Shown piece after piece: positions 40,127-54,100 of a stretch of 64,000 nucleotides of DNA; within the stretch, counting starts at the first letter, position 1; every line of letters starts with the position of its first letter. Under the pieces are notes generated by a model, which was not told the DNA's origin, did no database searches, and worked only from the letters and a program-made list of their open reading frames with translations. Made by a program: the position numbers and the translations under genes. The stretch covers positions 333,188,001 through 333,252,000 of the forward strand of contig OZ024741.1 of assembly GCA_964016885.1 (NCBI GenBank), given 5' to 3'. This DNA comes from Eledone cirrhosa (Eukaryota).

Positions 40127-41362
40127 GAGGCGTGTGTGTATGTGTAAGTGTGTGTGTGTATATATATATATATATAGTACTTGGCTGTCTCTTTCCACTG
40201 CACACACACACGTGCACACACATACACATACCTTGTGTCTGTATATACAAGTGTATGTATGTATGTAAGTATGTATGTATGTGTGTATATATATGTGTGT
40301 GTGCATATATATATGTATGTATATATATGTGTGTGTGCATATATATATGTATGTATATATGTGTGTGTGTGCATATATATATATGTATATGTTTATGTGT
40401 ATATATATATATAAATATATATCATCATTATCATCTTTGTGTATATATATATATATGTATGTATGTGTGTGTGTGTATATATGTATATGTGTGTGTATAG
40501 ATATGTGTGTGTCTTTTGTTTCCCTCATTCCTTGTCTCTGGTGATTTATGACAAACACTGTGAAAGGTCTGCCTAGTGTTGTTCAAAGAACAACATTGCA
40601 GAATTTGGCTGCCTCTTTCCACTGCATACACACACATATACACACATACACACACACTTACACACATACCCCCCCCATACACACACATCCTCACACGTGT
40701 CTGTATGTATGTGTGTGAGTATGTGTGTATGTATTATGTATATATGTATGTATTATGTATATATATGCATGTATCGGCTTATCTGTGTGTGTGTTGTGTG
40801 TTGTGTGTGTTGTGTGTGTTGTGTGTGTGTGTTGTGTGTGATTGTGTATGTTTGTGTGTGTCTTCATTTGTGATTGTGTAAATGTGTGCAAATATATGTA
40901 TATATATATGTGTGTGTGTCTATGATTGTGAATGTGTGTGTATAATCTGTGATTGTGTGTGTGTCTTCATCTGTATTTGTACATGCTTGTACAGTTGTTT
41001 TTACTATTTCTGTGAAATAAATATTCTAGAACTGTTCATCTCATCTTCTTAAGGCAATGTATCACTACATTATTTAGTGTGTCCTTCCTTTTTCAATATG
41101 ATAGGGTATGATTTGAAGGAAATTTAGCTGCTATGTTTAGCAATTTGAGCGACCACGTAGAGGTTATCTCACTGGTTTGGTCGTATATATGTGTTTATTA
41201 CTGGTAACATGGTGGCAGTGAACAGACGTATTCAGTGTTTACCACTATAAGTGTTTAACACAACATATGTTGTTTACCACTGCATGTGTTTACCACCAGT
41301 GAAAAATTATATAGTTTATCCTTTTTATTTCCCTTTTTTTTTTCTCGATCTTTTCTCCACAG

Positions 41363-41504
41363 AGGTATATTCCTCGACTAACTGAGATCCCTAACAAAAG
41401 ACTTAATCAAATGTCTTCCCATCATGACAACCCTATGCCCCCTCATATGCACTGTGGACCAGTCTGGAGTGGTAAGGATGGTGATCAGTATGAAGAAATA
41501 ACAG
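41363..41504 (+). CDS. Candidate internal exon of an unidentified host gene
   Basis: Long polypyrimidine tract and CAG acceptor, CAG|GTATGT donor, open frame RYIPRLTEIPNKRLNQMSSHHDNPMPPHMHCGPVWSGKDGDQYEEIT; not repeated in the window. Confidence 0.55.
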
Positions 41505-41848
41505 GTATGTGTTACAGAGAACATCCCTGATGGAATACTCTACATAGCTTTGAATTATTAAAAATCCACCCAAGATTTGTTTATGTAAATTGTTATTTTA
41601 GATAAACAAATTGAAAGTGGTAAATTGGCAGAGTTTATTTAGTTTGCTGGAACAAATAGTTGTGTGGTATTGTTCCAACTCTCTATGTTGAAATACTGCT
41701 GAGGTAAACTTTGCCTTTCACCCTCTTGTTGGGTGTTGATAAAGTACCAGTGCAAGGGCTACAAATGACCAATGTGATTTAGCAACTCGATTGTAAAATT
41801 GATTACAAGTTTATTAGAGCTATTGTATCTTTAGCAAGTATGGTCACA

Positions 41849-41890
41849 ACTTCTGACATGTTTCAGTCTTTTCGACCTCCTCAGTGAAAT
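41849..41890 (-). ncRNA. Type I hammerhead motif (group D)
   Basis: atttca-CTGAGGA-ggtc(gaaaa)gact-GAAA-catg-TC-agaagt; intact core, GUC triplet, palindromic ACATGT stem III; first stem I pair mismatched. Confidence 0.65.
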
Positions 41891-42149
41891 ATAGTCTTTA
41901 CCAGAACTATGATGACTGAGAAACACAAAGTAAATAAACACTAAACAAATATAGTTGCCTCCTTTATCAGTAAGCTTTTTGGGTTTTCTTCTCACTATAA
42001 TTTTAATTATTTAAACATTTTAACCTCATTAGATTAAGTATGTTAACACTGACCTAATTATTAATAATGTAAACATTGAAGTCTTTCTTGAGCCTAGATG
42101 TCCATCAGGCTGGAGGCTATTCTAGTTTCATGTGATGTTAATTCCCTAA

Positions 42150-42385
42150 GTGGAGGCATATGGCCTAGTGGTCAGGGTGTTGGACTTACAATCATAATGT
42201 TGTGGGTTCAATTCCTGGACTGGGTTTTGTGTTGTGTTCTGGAGCCAAACACTTCATTTCATGTTTCTCCAGTATACTCAACTGAAAATGAACACCAGCA
42301 ATAACTGGGGGTTTAACCCTGCGACGGACTGACATCCTGTCCATAGGAGAGTCTTGAAATCTGTCACTTAATGCACCAGTAAGTA
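42150..42385 (+). mobile_element. tRNA-derived SINE type 2
   Basis: tggcctagtggtcagggtg A-box, gggttcaattcc B-box, gtgttctggagccaaacacttcatttca core; related copies at 42635-42838 (+) and 44872-45018 (-). Confidence 0.75.
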
Positions 42386-42989
42386 CCATGCTCAACACAA
42401 TGCACCACCTAGTACAGGGATTAAATCCACAGCCTTAAGAACAACACCCTAGCCACTAGGCTATCCCACTTCACATAATTGATGATAATAAACATTCTAA
42501 ATTGTTCTATTCATAGGTATTAATTGGTAAAAACAACAAAATGCTTGTAACAGAACAACAATAAGTTTCCATAATTAATAGTGTAATGCTTTTATAGTAT
42601 GTATATATTGCAATTTCAGGTGTAGTATATATATGGAAGCACATGGCCTGTGGTAAGTGTTTTGGTGAACGATCATAATGTCATGGGTTCGATTCCTTGA
42701 CTGAATTGTGTGCTGTGTTTTTGAACAAAACACTTAATTTTATATTGTTCCAGTATATTCAGTTGAAATACCCTGTGATGGATTGGTGCCATGGAAACTG
42801 GGATAAGCACTGGCTTGATAAGCCTCCGGGCTCAAGACAGAGTACTATTAAATGGAATAGGTCTTAAATGACACACACACATTAGAAAAAAGACCAAATT
42901 CTACCTAAAAATTTGTAAATATCTGTTATATAATAACTGAAACAATTGATATATGAGTGGAGTTTGTTTTTCTAAGCTTCAGTTTCTAT

Positions 42990-44066
42990 ATCAGGGATCT
43001 GTTCTTGGTCCCCTTTTGTTTGTTGCATACATTAATGACATAGATGCCAACTTAAAGAATGCCACAGTACTGAAATATGCAGATGACATCAAGCTGTATC
43101 TTGAAATCAAAAGGACAGATCCTGAAATCTATAACTCTTCCCTACAATCAGATCTGGAGACAATGCAGCAATGGATCACAGACTGGCAACTGAAGCTGGC
43201 TGTGGACAGGTGTACCACCATGCATTTTGGGAGGAAAAATCCAGCGTCCACATACTCCCTCCACAACACTGATATCAAGAAGTCCTCTTGTGAATGTGAC
43301 CTGGGCATTACGGTCAGCAGCGATTTGCGTTGGACAAAGCACATCTCTAAAATTGTCAAGAACGCCGAGGGTGTCTTGGCATCACTCAGCAAGACCTTTG
43401 TTAGCCGCTCTCCAGCCATCTATTTAAAGCTGTATACAGCTATGGTACGACCACACTTGGAATTCGCATCATCAGTCTGGAACCCCTATCTTGCTCAGAA
43501 CATTGACGTCCTGGAAACTGTTCAGAGACGTGCAACCAAGCTCATACCCTCCATCAGACACCTACCATACTCTGAACGCCTTGCTTCCCTGGGCATGGAT
43601 TCATTGAAGCTCTGACGTCTGGCAATGGACTTGCTAAACACCCATAAATTTATTAACCATCTCTCCAGCAACAACCCTGAGCACCTTTTTGATCTCCATG
43701 TGTCTAACACACGTGAACATGCCTACAAAATCAGAAAACAGCACAGCTCCCATGACTTTCGGAAACATTTTTTCACGCTTAGAGTTGCTGAAGCATGGAA
43801 GAAACTACCTGCGTCAGTTGTTAGCTGCCAAGACACTGCATCCTTTAAAACCCTCATGCTTCCCAAAATTTGCCAAAACTACACCTGATGTCCTGCTTCC
43901 ATACACATGCACACATGTGTATATCATAACTCGTGCACTGTTAATTTTTCTGACGTTTGTACATTACCCTATTTACTATACATACACTTTTGATGAGTTG
44001 TAGTGCACCTGAGCACTGTACACAATATTTTCATTATTATTTCATTATTATTATTTCATTATTATT
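42990..44066 (+). mobile_element. 5'-truncated CR1-clade LINE
   Basis: QGSVLGPLLFVAYINDI, YADDIKL, LYTAMVRPHLEFASSVWNP, VQRRATK, FFTLRV..AW; one in-frame stop at 43613-43615; ATT-rich tail. Confidence 0.9.
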
Positions 44067-45559
44067 AAATAAATGGGGAAAGGTACAGGTTAGGAATCAT
44101 TGTTAAGTAAGAAAACAAAAGTAAAAGTATGAGATATTATAAAACAAGAGAAAATGGAGGTGGGTGAAATGTGGAGGTCTTGTAGGATGAACAAATGACA
44201 ACAGATGGGCAAAGCTATGTACTGAATCAATTGAGACAGTAAACGAGATTTAGAGATGAGACTGATAATGGAGGTAGCCATGAACAAATGACAATTGGTG
44301 GGGAGAACTATATAGAGTGGTAAATGAGGAAGGCAGATTTGCATAGTTGAGGAAGACTGAAGATGAGATGTAGAGATGAGGTCAATAATGGAAGTGGGAA
44401 GGACAATTGGCATAAAGAAATAACAACAGATTGACAATGCTGTGAACAGAATAGAAACTGGGAGGGTTGGGATATGTTCATATAGACAAGGAAGACAGAG
44501 GACAAGATGGAGAGATGAGATCGATATGTTTATGAGTTGCACAGGGTTAGAATCATTGGGACCCAGCTGGAGGAGGCCTTTACCTTGCAGTGGGGCAGAT
44601 GATAGCTGAGAATGATAATGATGATGATAAGATATGAGAGATATAATATATAATTCAGGGACATTAACTATGTTCTATGATGATAAATATAAATAAGGGA
44701 CTAGTGACAATTGTTTTAAAAATGAAACAAAGATTTAGTGACATGAGTACACAACATGCAATGTTTATATTCGTAAAACAAAACAAAAAATATTAATTAC
44801 TGTTAAGATTTATACAGGTGTAGCTGGCCTCCTAGGAGGTTACATCTCATAGGTTTCTGGGTTGTGTTATTAATGATAGGATCCCCAATCCTGTCATGAA
44901 AAGCAACATGAAATGAAATGTTTTTCCTAAGTATGCACACTACACCATCTGGTCCAAGAAACAAAATCATCATCTTATGATTGCGCGTCCAACACCCTAA
45001 CCCTAACCTCTCAGCCATCCTATACTTTCACTTCTTTATTCATATGCAGCTCCTCATTCATTTGTGAAACCAGAATATTGTATAATCCATGTTCTTCTCC
45101 TCCTCACCTCCCTTTAATCTTATACATATCCAATAAATCAATGGATACTAGAGACAAATAGTTTATTAGATTTATATTTTCATCATGAACCATTGTGGAA
45201 GAACACTTTCAGTGTCAATAGCTTTATTCATGAATTACTAAAGCTTGATTTACTTTCTGGTAAGATTATGTTTTATGCTTGCACTAAGCTTTTTCCAAAT
45301 TCATATGTGAAATACATGCAGCTTTGATTGAAAATCTTGAGTATACGTGTTTGCAATTAGTATGGCAATAAATATGTTGTTTTTCATTGAATATAGAAAA
45401 GATAATCTAGTTACATACTAAAGTAATTGCTATTTCTTGTTGCTAGATAATGTCCTTTTTTAAAAAACAAGCTATAGGTATTATCCATTTTGATATCAAA
45501 CTATCTGAAACCACTCCTGGTTTTATGACAGAATACTGTTTGTTTTAACCCTTTTGATA

Positions 45560-46090
45560 CCAAGTTGCCTGAAGAAACTGACATAAAAATTCACAAAATT
45601 CTAGGAGCCAAACCCGTGTCCCACATGGTCTCTGTAGAAGCTGTCACAGTGTTTTTTCAATGTGTCTATTAAAGTCTCCAGCGATGATTAGGAAGTTACT
45701 GTCATTTGTTAGCATAGTAGTGTGCATTAGGGATTCATAAAACCTATCTTTGAATTCATCTTACAACCCAGATTGGGGTGTGTATGTAGATATAATTGTA
45801 GCCCTCATTCTATTTAGGACTAGTCTGAGTTTAAGGATTCTTGCATTCACTCTATTTAAAGAAATTGCCTGATCTACCCATTTCTCAGCTAATAAGATAC
45901 CTATCTCCCCCCTCGCAGCCCGTTGTCAAAATTTGTAGCACTGTTTTTGCTAGCTGACTCTCCCCTCGATCTAGACTCATCCACACAGCATACATCAATT
46001 TTCTTCCACTCTAGAATCTCTAGAATCTCTCTTGTTCTTCCTTTCATTGTGCTCATATTGATGGTGCCAATTCAGAAATTTGGGCCTTTG
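45560..46090 (-). pseudogene. Decayed RTE endonuclease-domain fragment
   Basis: Reverse complement resembles ~850-1400 (ttggcaccatcaat...gtgaatgcaagaatccttaaactcagactagtcct). Confidence 0.7.
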
Positions 46091-47150
46091 CTGTAATGTT
46101 ACAGGAGGAAAATGAGGGTGGATATTTGAGAGGGTTGGGATGGATGTATGCTTTCTGTATCTGAATTACTAATACTGTATTTTTATGCACAAACATTAAC
46201 TGCATATATTTATGTGTAAGTTACACCTTTTCCCAGTAAAATATGATGTAAAAACCTAGCATGTAACTTGTATACAGGACCTAGAAAATTTAAATTCAAA
46301 ATACATCATACATTTTAAATGTAAAATGTAAAATGGTACAGATGGAGCAAATGGTACAGATGGAGCACAGAACTGAATGGTTAATCATAAGGTCTCACGT
46401 TCAATCCCACTGCATGGCTCTTTAGGTGTCATTTACCATACATTTAGGTTGACCCATGTCTTAGAAGTAAAATTTGGTAGGCAGAAACTGTTTGAAAGCC
46501 TGTCAGATGGAATGCACACCTGTAATATAAAGGATGCAGCTTTGTGACACATTGTGTAATGTTGAATCTCCCTGAGAATATTATTGGGTAGACCTTCCTA
46601 TAGAATACTTGGCCACTTTTGTGTCAGTTTAATAAATTGACTGTTCTATTGATCAAATAACTGTTGAAGCTGACAGAGAACTGTTCCAGACAAAAGAGAT
46701 ACGTGATTTATCTACCTATGCAACCTATACAGAAGTATACACACTTGTGTGTACAGTATTTATTGGTATAGCTGTTATCATTTATTTAATAAGGTCTTTC
46801 TTTTTAAACAAGTGGTGGGGGGTTAAGTATACTAGACACTTGTTATAAATGATAAATGCATCCTATGTATATATATATATATACACACACAGATATATAC
46901 ATACATATATATGGATATATATATACACTTATATATATACATATATATATGCATATATATATATATCTATATATACATACATATATATATGCATATATAT
47001 ATATATATATCTATATATACACACACACATATATACATACATATATATGCATATATATATATATATATATACACATATATATACATACATATATATGCAT
47101 ATATATATATATATATACACACATATATATATATACATACATATATTTGC

Positions 47151-47181
<31 letters not shown>

Positions 47182-47271
47182 TATATACATACATATATAT
47201 GCATATATATATATATATATCAATATATGATAAAGAACACAAGAGCGTCTACAACATCAAAAGATTTTTAT

Positions 47272-47320
47272 TGGCTTACAATGTTTCTTCCTTACGTAAC
47301 CATAGGATTCTTCAGAGCTA
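47272..47320 (-). ncRNA. Type I hammerhead motif (group F)
   Basis: tagct-CTGAAGA-atcc-tatg(gtta)cgta-aggaa-GAAA-cattg-TA-agcca followed by AATAAA. Confidence 0.6.
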
Positions 47321-47783
47321 TAAAAGGGGTTTGATTGGTGTTATGGACTCTACCAACCAAACATTCAAGAACAAAGAGTAAAGAGAGTAAAGAGCAAAAG
47401 TAGGGGACGATAAGTCTAATTTTGGTGCGGGAGGGTGGGGTGTGGGTCCTTGTTTACTAGCTGCGGTCATATTCATTCCCGGGAGTCGAGTGGTTAGCTG
47501 AACCATAGATGGGGTGGCGTCGATAGTAGGGTGCAGAGGGTGTGCAGAGGCTACACACACACAAAGGGCATACAATATATATATAACGAAGGAGAAAGTA
47601 CATGAGGTAATTAGAAATGGAAAAAGAGTAATAATAATAATCTATAATTAGTAATGTATAATAAGGCATGGGGAAGATTACACTATAATAAGGTATAAAA
47701 GTAAGAATAAGGTAAAATATAAAGGAGGATAAAAGTGAAAATAAGAATAAAGATAAAAAATATATATAAAAAAAATATATAGA

Positions 47784-47826
<43 letters not shown>

Positions 47827-47907
47827 TATATACATACATATATATGCATATATATGTATATCAATATATATATATATTCAAGCATATATATATATCAATA
47901 TATATAT

Positions 47908-50059
47908 AAATTCAAGCATGTTTTGCAACGTGAGGACCAGAAACAGGAAGTGTTCAAGATTGCGAGGCAGTGTGTCAGAGAGAATTGTGATGTCATTGGA
48001 GAGAAGTGTATCTGGAATGATAAAGGTGAGCTAGCCCTCACAAATGCTGAGAAGAAAGATGCATGGAAGAGTCATTATGATAGATTACTAAATGAGGAGA
48101 ATGCATGGGAAGAAGAGACCCTACCCCAAGTAGACCCTATAGAGGGGCCAGCAGTACAAGTCAGCAGCAGCATAGTAGGTAAGGCAATCAAAGATATGAA
48201 GATGGGGAAGGAAACCGGTCCATCGGGTATAGCTGCCGAGATGCTGAAGGCATCTGGGTCTGTAGGTCACACTATAACCACACGTATTGTTAACCAGGTA
48301 ATACTAGAAGGTGTCATACGAAAAGATTGGTGCAGTAGCATCATTGTCAACTGCTACAAAGGTGATGCACTAGATAGAGGAAACTATAGAGGTATAAAGC
48401 TGATGGACCAGGTCATGAAAGTAACAGAAAGAGTTATAGCACAGTTGATTAGGGACCGGGTGAAAATAGACGAGATGCAATTTGGGTTTGTACCAGGAAG
48501 GGGCACCACTGATGCCCTCTTCCTTGTGAGGCAGTTACAGGAAAAGTACCTAGCTAAAAGTAAGCCACTCTACTTGGCATTTGTCGACCTTGAGAAAGCC
48601 TTTGACAGAGTTCCACGTGCTGTAATCTGGTGGACTCTTAGAAAACTAGGAGTAGATGAATGGCTTGTGAGAGCGGTACAAGCAATGTATAGGGGAGCAG
48701 TCAGCAAAGTTAGGATTAGCAATGAGTATAGCGAGGAATTTAGCGTACAGGTTGGGGTCCACCAGGGCTCTGTTCTTAGTCCCCTCCTGTTCATCATAGT
48801 CCTGCAGGCAATAACGGAGGAGTTTAAGACCGGATGCCCATGGAAGCTCCTGTATGCTGATGACCTTGCACTTATAGCTGAATCTATGGTAGAACTAGAG
48901 AAGAAATTCCAAACTTGGAAGCAGGGACTAGAGAGAAAGGGTCTGAAAGTCAACATGACAAAGACTAAGGTCCTTGTAAGTAGACGAGAAGACAGAACCC
49001 AGATACCCTCAGGGAAATGGCCTTGCTCAGTATGTAGGAAAGGTGTAGGTAGGAACTCCATTCTCTGCCCCAAATGCAAACAATGGGTACACAAGACATG
49101 TAGCGGGATCTCAGGAAGCTTAATTAAGAATGTAGGCTTCAAATGCAGCAGCTGTGCTGGGACAGCAAGCAGCAAACAGCCACAGGAAACAAGTACCACC
49201 AATCTCTGGAAGGGTTCTGTAGAAACAGTAGACAGCTTCTGCTACCTAGGTGACTGAATTAGCAGCACAGGTGGGTGTTCAGAAAGTACAATAACTAGGG
49301 TAAGAACGGAATGGAAGAAGTTTAGGGAACTACTACCACTGCTAGCTGCAAAAGGCTTCTCCCTCAAAATAAAAGGCAGACTGTATGATGCGTGTATCCG
49401 AACAGCGATGTTGCATGGTAGTGAGACCTGGGCGCCGAAGGTGGAAGACTTACGTAGATTAGAGAGAAATGAAGCCTGCATGCTCCGATGGATGTGTAAT
49501 AGTAATATACGCGAACGACAAATGCTGTGTGCAGGAGAGGCGGTTGCGTTGGTATGGACATGTGATGCGTATGAAGGATGACAGCTGCATAAAAAGGTGC
49601 AGAGCACTAGAAGTCAGTGGGGAGACCCAAGATGACCTGGGATGAGGTGATAAAAGCCGACCTTACCCAATTACACCTCTCAAAGGCGATGACACACGAC
49701 CGTGACCTCTGGCGTCACACAGTAATACAGAGTACCTGACCTCCCATGGGTACAAGCTGAAGCGTATAGACAATATGCCCCCACACCCCCCACTGCAAGG
49801 TGGTCGTGGAGGTGCTACAGCAAAAAAGCACCCAGCCCACACTGTAAAGTGGACGTGTAGGCGTCACGAAAAAGCACCCAGTACTCACTGTAAATGAGGT
49901 TGGTGTTAGGAAGGGCATCCAGCTGTAGAAATCAAGCCAAATCAGTTCCTGTAGGAGCAAGGCATGGTCAGCCGACCAAACACTGCCCACAACAGGACAA
50001 CTCGTCTAACCCATGCTAGCGTGGAAGAACGGACGTAAAATAGTGATGATGATGATGAT
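47908..50059 (+). mobile_element. 5'-truncated RTE LINE family 1 with stop codon and internal deletions
   Basis: Highly similar to 1970-4196; TGA at 49255-49257; deletion near 49521; (GAT)n tail; TA-rich flanks. Confidence 0.93.
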
Positions 50060-50155
50060 ATATACATATATATAACAAAGGAATTGTGGTAAGGAACCAG
50101 ATGGACCATAACGCACCAGAGTACTCAATACTTAGGGAAGTAGAGTGGGTAATAT

Positions 50156-50265
50156 GAAAAGGTATGACCCCGACGGCAGATCTCAAGCCGTTTCGACGGC
50201 TATTTCTGGACTCAGAAATAGCCGTCGAAACGGCTTGAGCTCTGCCGTCGGGGTCATACCTTTTC
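50156..50265. repeat. Near-perfect palindrome, 53-bp arms, 4-nt loop
   Basis: gaaaaggtatgaccccgacggcagatctcaagccgtttcgacggctatttctg-gact-reverse complement, with one mismatch. Confidence 0.92.
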
Positions 50266-50904
50266 CTATATATATATATATATATATACACATATATACA
50301 TACATGCACACACACACATACTTATATATATATATATATATATATATGGATATATATATATATATATATCCATACACACACGCACATCTATATCTCTTTA
50401 ATAACGCCATATTCATATTCACAAACATTTACTTTGTCAGCATATGTAAAGATCCTTTTCATCGGCAACAGCAACAACAACCCCTTTCACTATTTCAACA
50501 ATTCATCAACTTACACTACTCTCTTGCCCTGAACTATTCATTTGCTCACATAATCCATAGTTTATGTTTTGTTTTTTCCATACCCCCTCTACTGTTTCCC
50601 ATCAATCATGAATCGAGACAAAATGTTCACTTTATTCTCATTATCCATTCTCACCACATGTTCTTAATACCAAATTCTTAACTGTCACAAACAAAACCCA
50701 ACATCTCTGAATTCAGTCACTTCTTCGTTTCCCATTCTATGTCCTACATTGTTATACATTCTGCTCTCTCACTCTGTCTGTTGTCCACCATATTTTTCTG
50801 TCTAATGTGCACTGCTACAGTTTCTATTGCATGCAACACAGATGCTCATACCTTTTGTGTAAAGACAGAATGTATTTAGTATCAGAAAGAAAATGAAAAC
50901 AATA

Positions 50905-52730
50905 ATAATGGTTTCTTATATAGGTACAAGACCAGCAATTTTGGGAGAGGGGCAAGTCAATTAAATCGACACCAGTGCATGACTGGTACTTTATTTTATC
51001 GACCCCGTAAGGATGAAAGGCAAAGTTAACCTTGGCGGGATTTGAACTCAGAATGAAAATAATAATAATATCGGCTTCTGCTTTAGGCACAAGGCCAACA
51101 ATTTTTGGGGAAGGGAAAACCAATTGAACTGATCCCAGTGCATTACTGGTACTTTATTTTATCGACTCCAAAAGGATGACAGGCAAAGTTAACCTCGGTG
51201 AGATTTGAACTCAGAACATATAGGGACATGACTTCATTGCCACAAAGTATAATATTAATAATAATGGTTTCCAATTTAGGCATAAGGCCAACAATTATTT
51301 TTTTGTGTGTGTGTGTGTGTGGGCGGGGGGGGGGGAGTCAATTAAATCAACCTTAATGTGTTACTGGTACTTATTTTATCGACCTTGAAAGGATTGAAGG
51401 CAAAGCTAACCTCAGCAGGATTTGAACTCAGTATGGAAAATAACTATATACCATAAAGCATATTGTCCAATGCTCTACCAATACTACCAATCCACCACCC
51501 CTATAATAATGGTTTCTTATATAGACACAAGGCCATCAATTTTGGGGGAGGGAAAAGTTGATTAAATCGACCCCAGTGCGTGACTGGTGCTTTATTTTGT
51601 CGACCCTGTAAGGATGAAAGGCAAAGTTAACCTAGGCAGGATTTGAACTCAGAATATAAAGGGCCGTAACTATATACAGCAAAGCATATTGTCCAACACT
51701 CTTCCAATATTCCCAATCCACTAGCCTTATAATAATAACCTTAATATTTTCTAAACTATCTTCATAGCTAGGAAAACTTTCTGAAAGATTTGTTATATTC
51801 TTCCATAACAAATCGTTGATACTACTTAAGACAATTTACGCTGTAGAAAAGAAAATGATATATGAGAGTAACAGCTGAAGATAATTCTATGAGTCATTTA
51901 ATTCTTTCTTTATTATGGAATTTCTGTAGTAAATCATTTCAGATAAGTTCTGTCATTTTACTATTGACGGTTCTACTTCTCTTCAATCCATAGCTTGCCG
52001 CTTGAAAATGACGCTTGGAATGAAAGAAAGTTGTGAAGCAGGAGAAATCTAAGATCGGAATGATTCTTCACATTGGTAAGAATACCTCCTAATTAACTTA
52101 TAAATGTTTGTATTTAATTAGTTTCATATTAAATATTAGTTTCTGATTTAGGCACAAGGCCAACAATTTTGCAGGGAGGGGAAAGTTAATTAAATCAACC
52201 CCAGTGCATTACTGGTACTTTATTTTATCGATCCCATTAGGATGAAAGGCAAAGCTAACATTGGCAGGATTTGAACTCAGTAGGTAAAGGGCCATAACTA
52301 TATGCTGCAAAGCATGTTGTCCATCGCTCTACTGATACTGCCAATCCACTGCCCTGGTTTAATATGAAATAATGAATTCTGATTGAGGCACAAAAGAAGG
52401 GATAAGTTGTGTAAATAGATACCATTGGGGGTGGGAGTGGTACAGGAGCTGTAATGAGATACAGTGTGTCTTGATCATTTTAAACTTGGTGGAGCCTACC
52501 CCTCTCCAAGTTGGAACACGGACAATTTGTTCCAAAGAGAGTAAGTGAGAAAGAGATAGAGAGGAAGAATCAACCCCAGTACTGGACTGATGGACGGGCA
52601 CACTTTTTATTGGCCTTTAAAGGATAAAAGGCAAAGTTGACCTTGGCAAGATTTGAACTCAGAATGCAAAGAACTGTAATGAATACTTCAAAATCTATCT
52701 GATGTTCTAATGATACTGCCAATTCACTGC
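50905..52730 (-). mobile_element. Cluster of about six type 1 SINEs, four head-to-tail in 50905-51728
   Basis: Repeated actggtactttattttatcgacc...ggatgaaaggcaaagttaacct...gatttgaactcag. Confidence 0.85.
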
Positions 52731-53786
52731 TATCTACAACTCACCATCTCTAAATCTAAACATACCTTCATCTCGTCACACCTACACTAATACCTGACAT
52801 GTAGTTACAGCAAACCCAGTCCACACTGTAATGTGGTTATTTTGGTGCCACGATAAAGGCACCGAGTCCACACTGTAAATGTGGTTTGCATTAGGAAAGG
52901 CATCCAAGCCAGAAATGGTTCTGTGTGAGGAAGACACTGTCATCTGATCCGATATGCCTCACAACAGAACAACCCATCTAACCCATGGTAGAGTGGAAAG
53001 TGGATGTTAAATGATGATGATGATGATGATGACCTACATGTAAATATACCTAACTCTAATCATACTTACATCTCGTCAAATCTACACCAATATCTAACCA
53101 TTCCTACCTCCAACCAAACCTACATCTAACCATCTGTTTGAATAGTTGGAATAATTCTAAGCCAGCCTATAAAGGGTGAAATACAACCAGCACTTATTTT
53201 AAATTAGTTAGACTAATTTAATTTGAGTGCTTTCACATAGTTGCCTTGGAACACAATATAGGCAAGATTAAATTCACGTTGTTTTGATCAGTTGTTCAGA
53301 ACATTAACAATACAAATGTTCAACCTCGTATATTTACTTTAACAAAATACAGAAAATTCTATTACACAGAATGCAAATTTCGAAGCTTTCATTCTAATTA
53401 ATAGATACCTTTACTGTCTGAATACATTATTTCCAAACCATTTTCTATCCTCATTTTAATATAAGTTTCGAGTCTCGTTGAAACCAATCTAAACACAGCC
53501 ACATTTCATATGAGAATGAAATTCTGTAAAAATGAAACAAATTTCTAATATTGAATATCTATACAATTAACTTTCTCATTGTTACCAAAATCTTTTGTTC
53601 TTTTACTGGTTTCAGTCATTAGAGTGAAGCCATGCTGGAGCGCCTCTTTGATTTAGTTGATCATACTGACCCCATTTACATGTTTTTTCAAACATGGTAT
53701 TTAATTCATCTAAATATTGTCTTTTTTTTTGTTTTTCATGTAGAGCCACTAAGTGATAGGGGACATAAACACACACATACACACAC

Positions 53787-54100
53787 ATCATCATCATCAT
53801 CATCATCGTTTAACGTCTATCTTCCATGCTAGCATGGGCTTAGATGGGAATTGTCCCACTTGAGGCAAATTTGGTCATCTCGCTCAATATGGGACTGTCT
53901 GGCAGGTTTTCTCGGCTGGATTCCCTTCCTAACACCAACCACATTTACTGTGTGGACTGGGAGGTTTTTACCATGTTACCTACATGGCCACATTACAGCG
54001 TGGACTGTGTTTTTTTTGTCGTGACACCTACTCGAGCTCATTTATTTAGGACTGGATGTTGTGGTACCAACATAACTTTACAGAGAAAGGGGTGGTGTTG
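53787..54100 (-). mobile_element. RTE family 2 3' UTR-only fragment
   Basis: Matches 6928-7256 and 55266-55615; (CAT)n tail. Confidence 0.85.
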
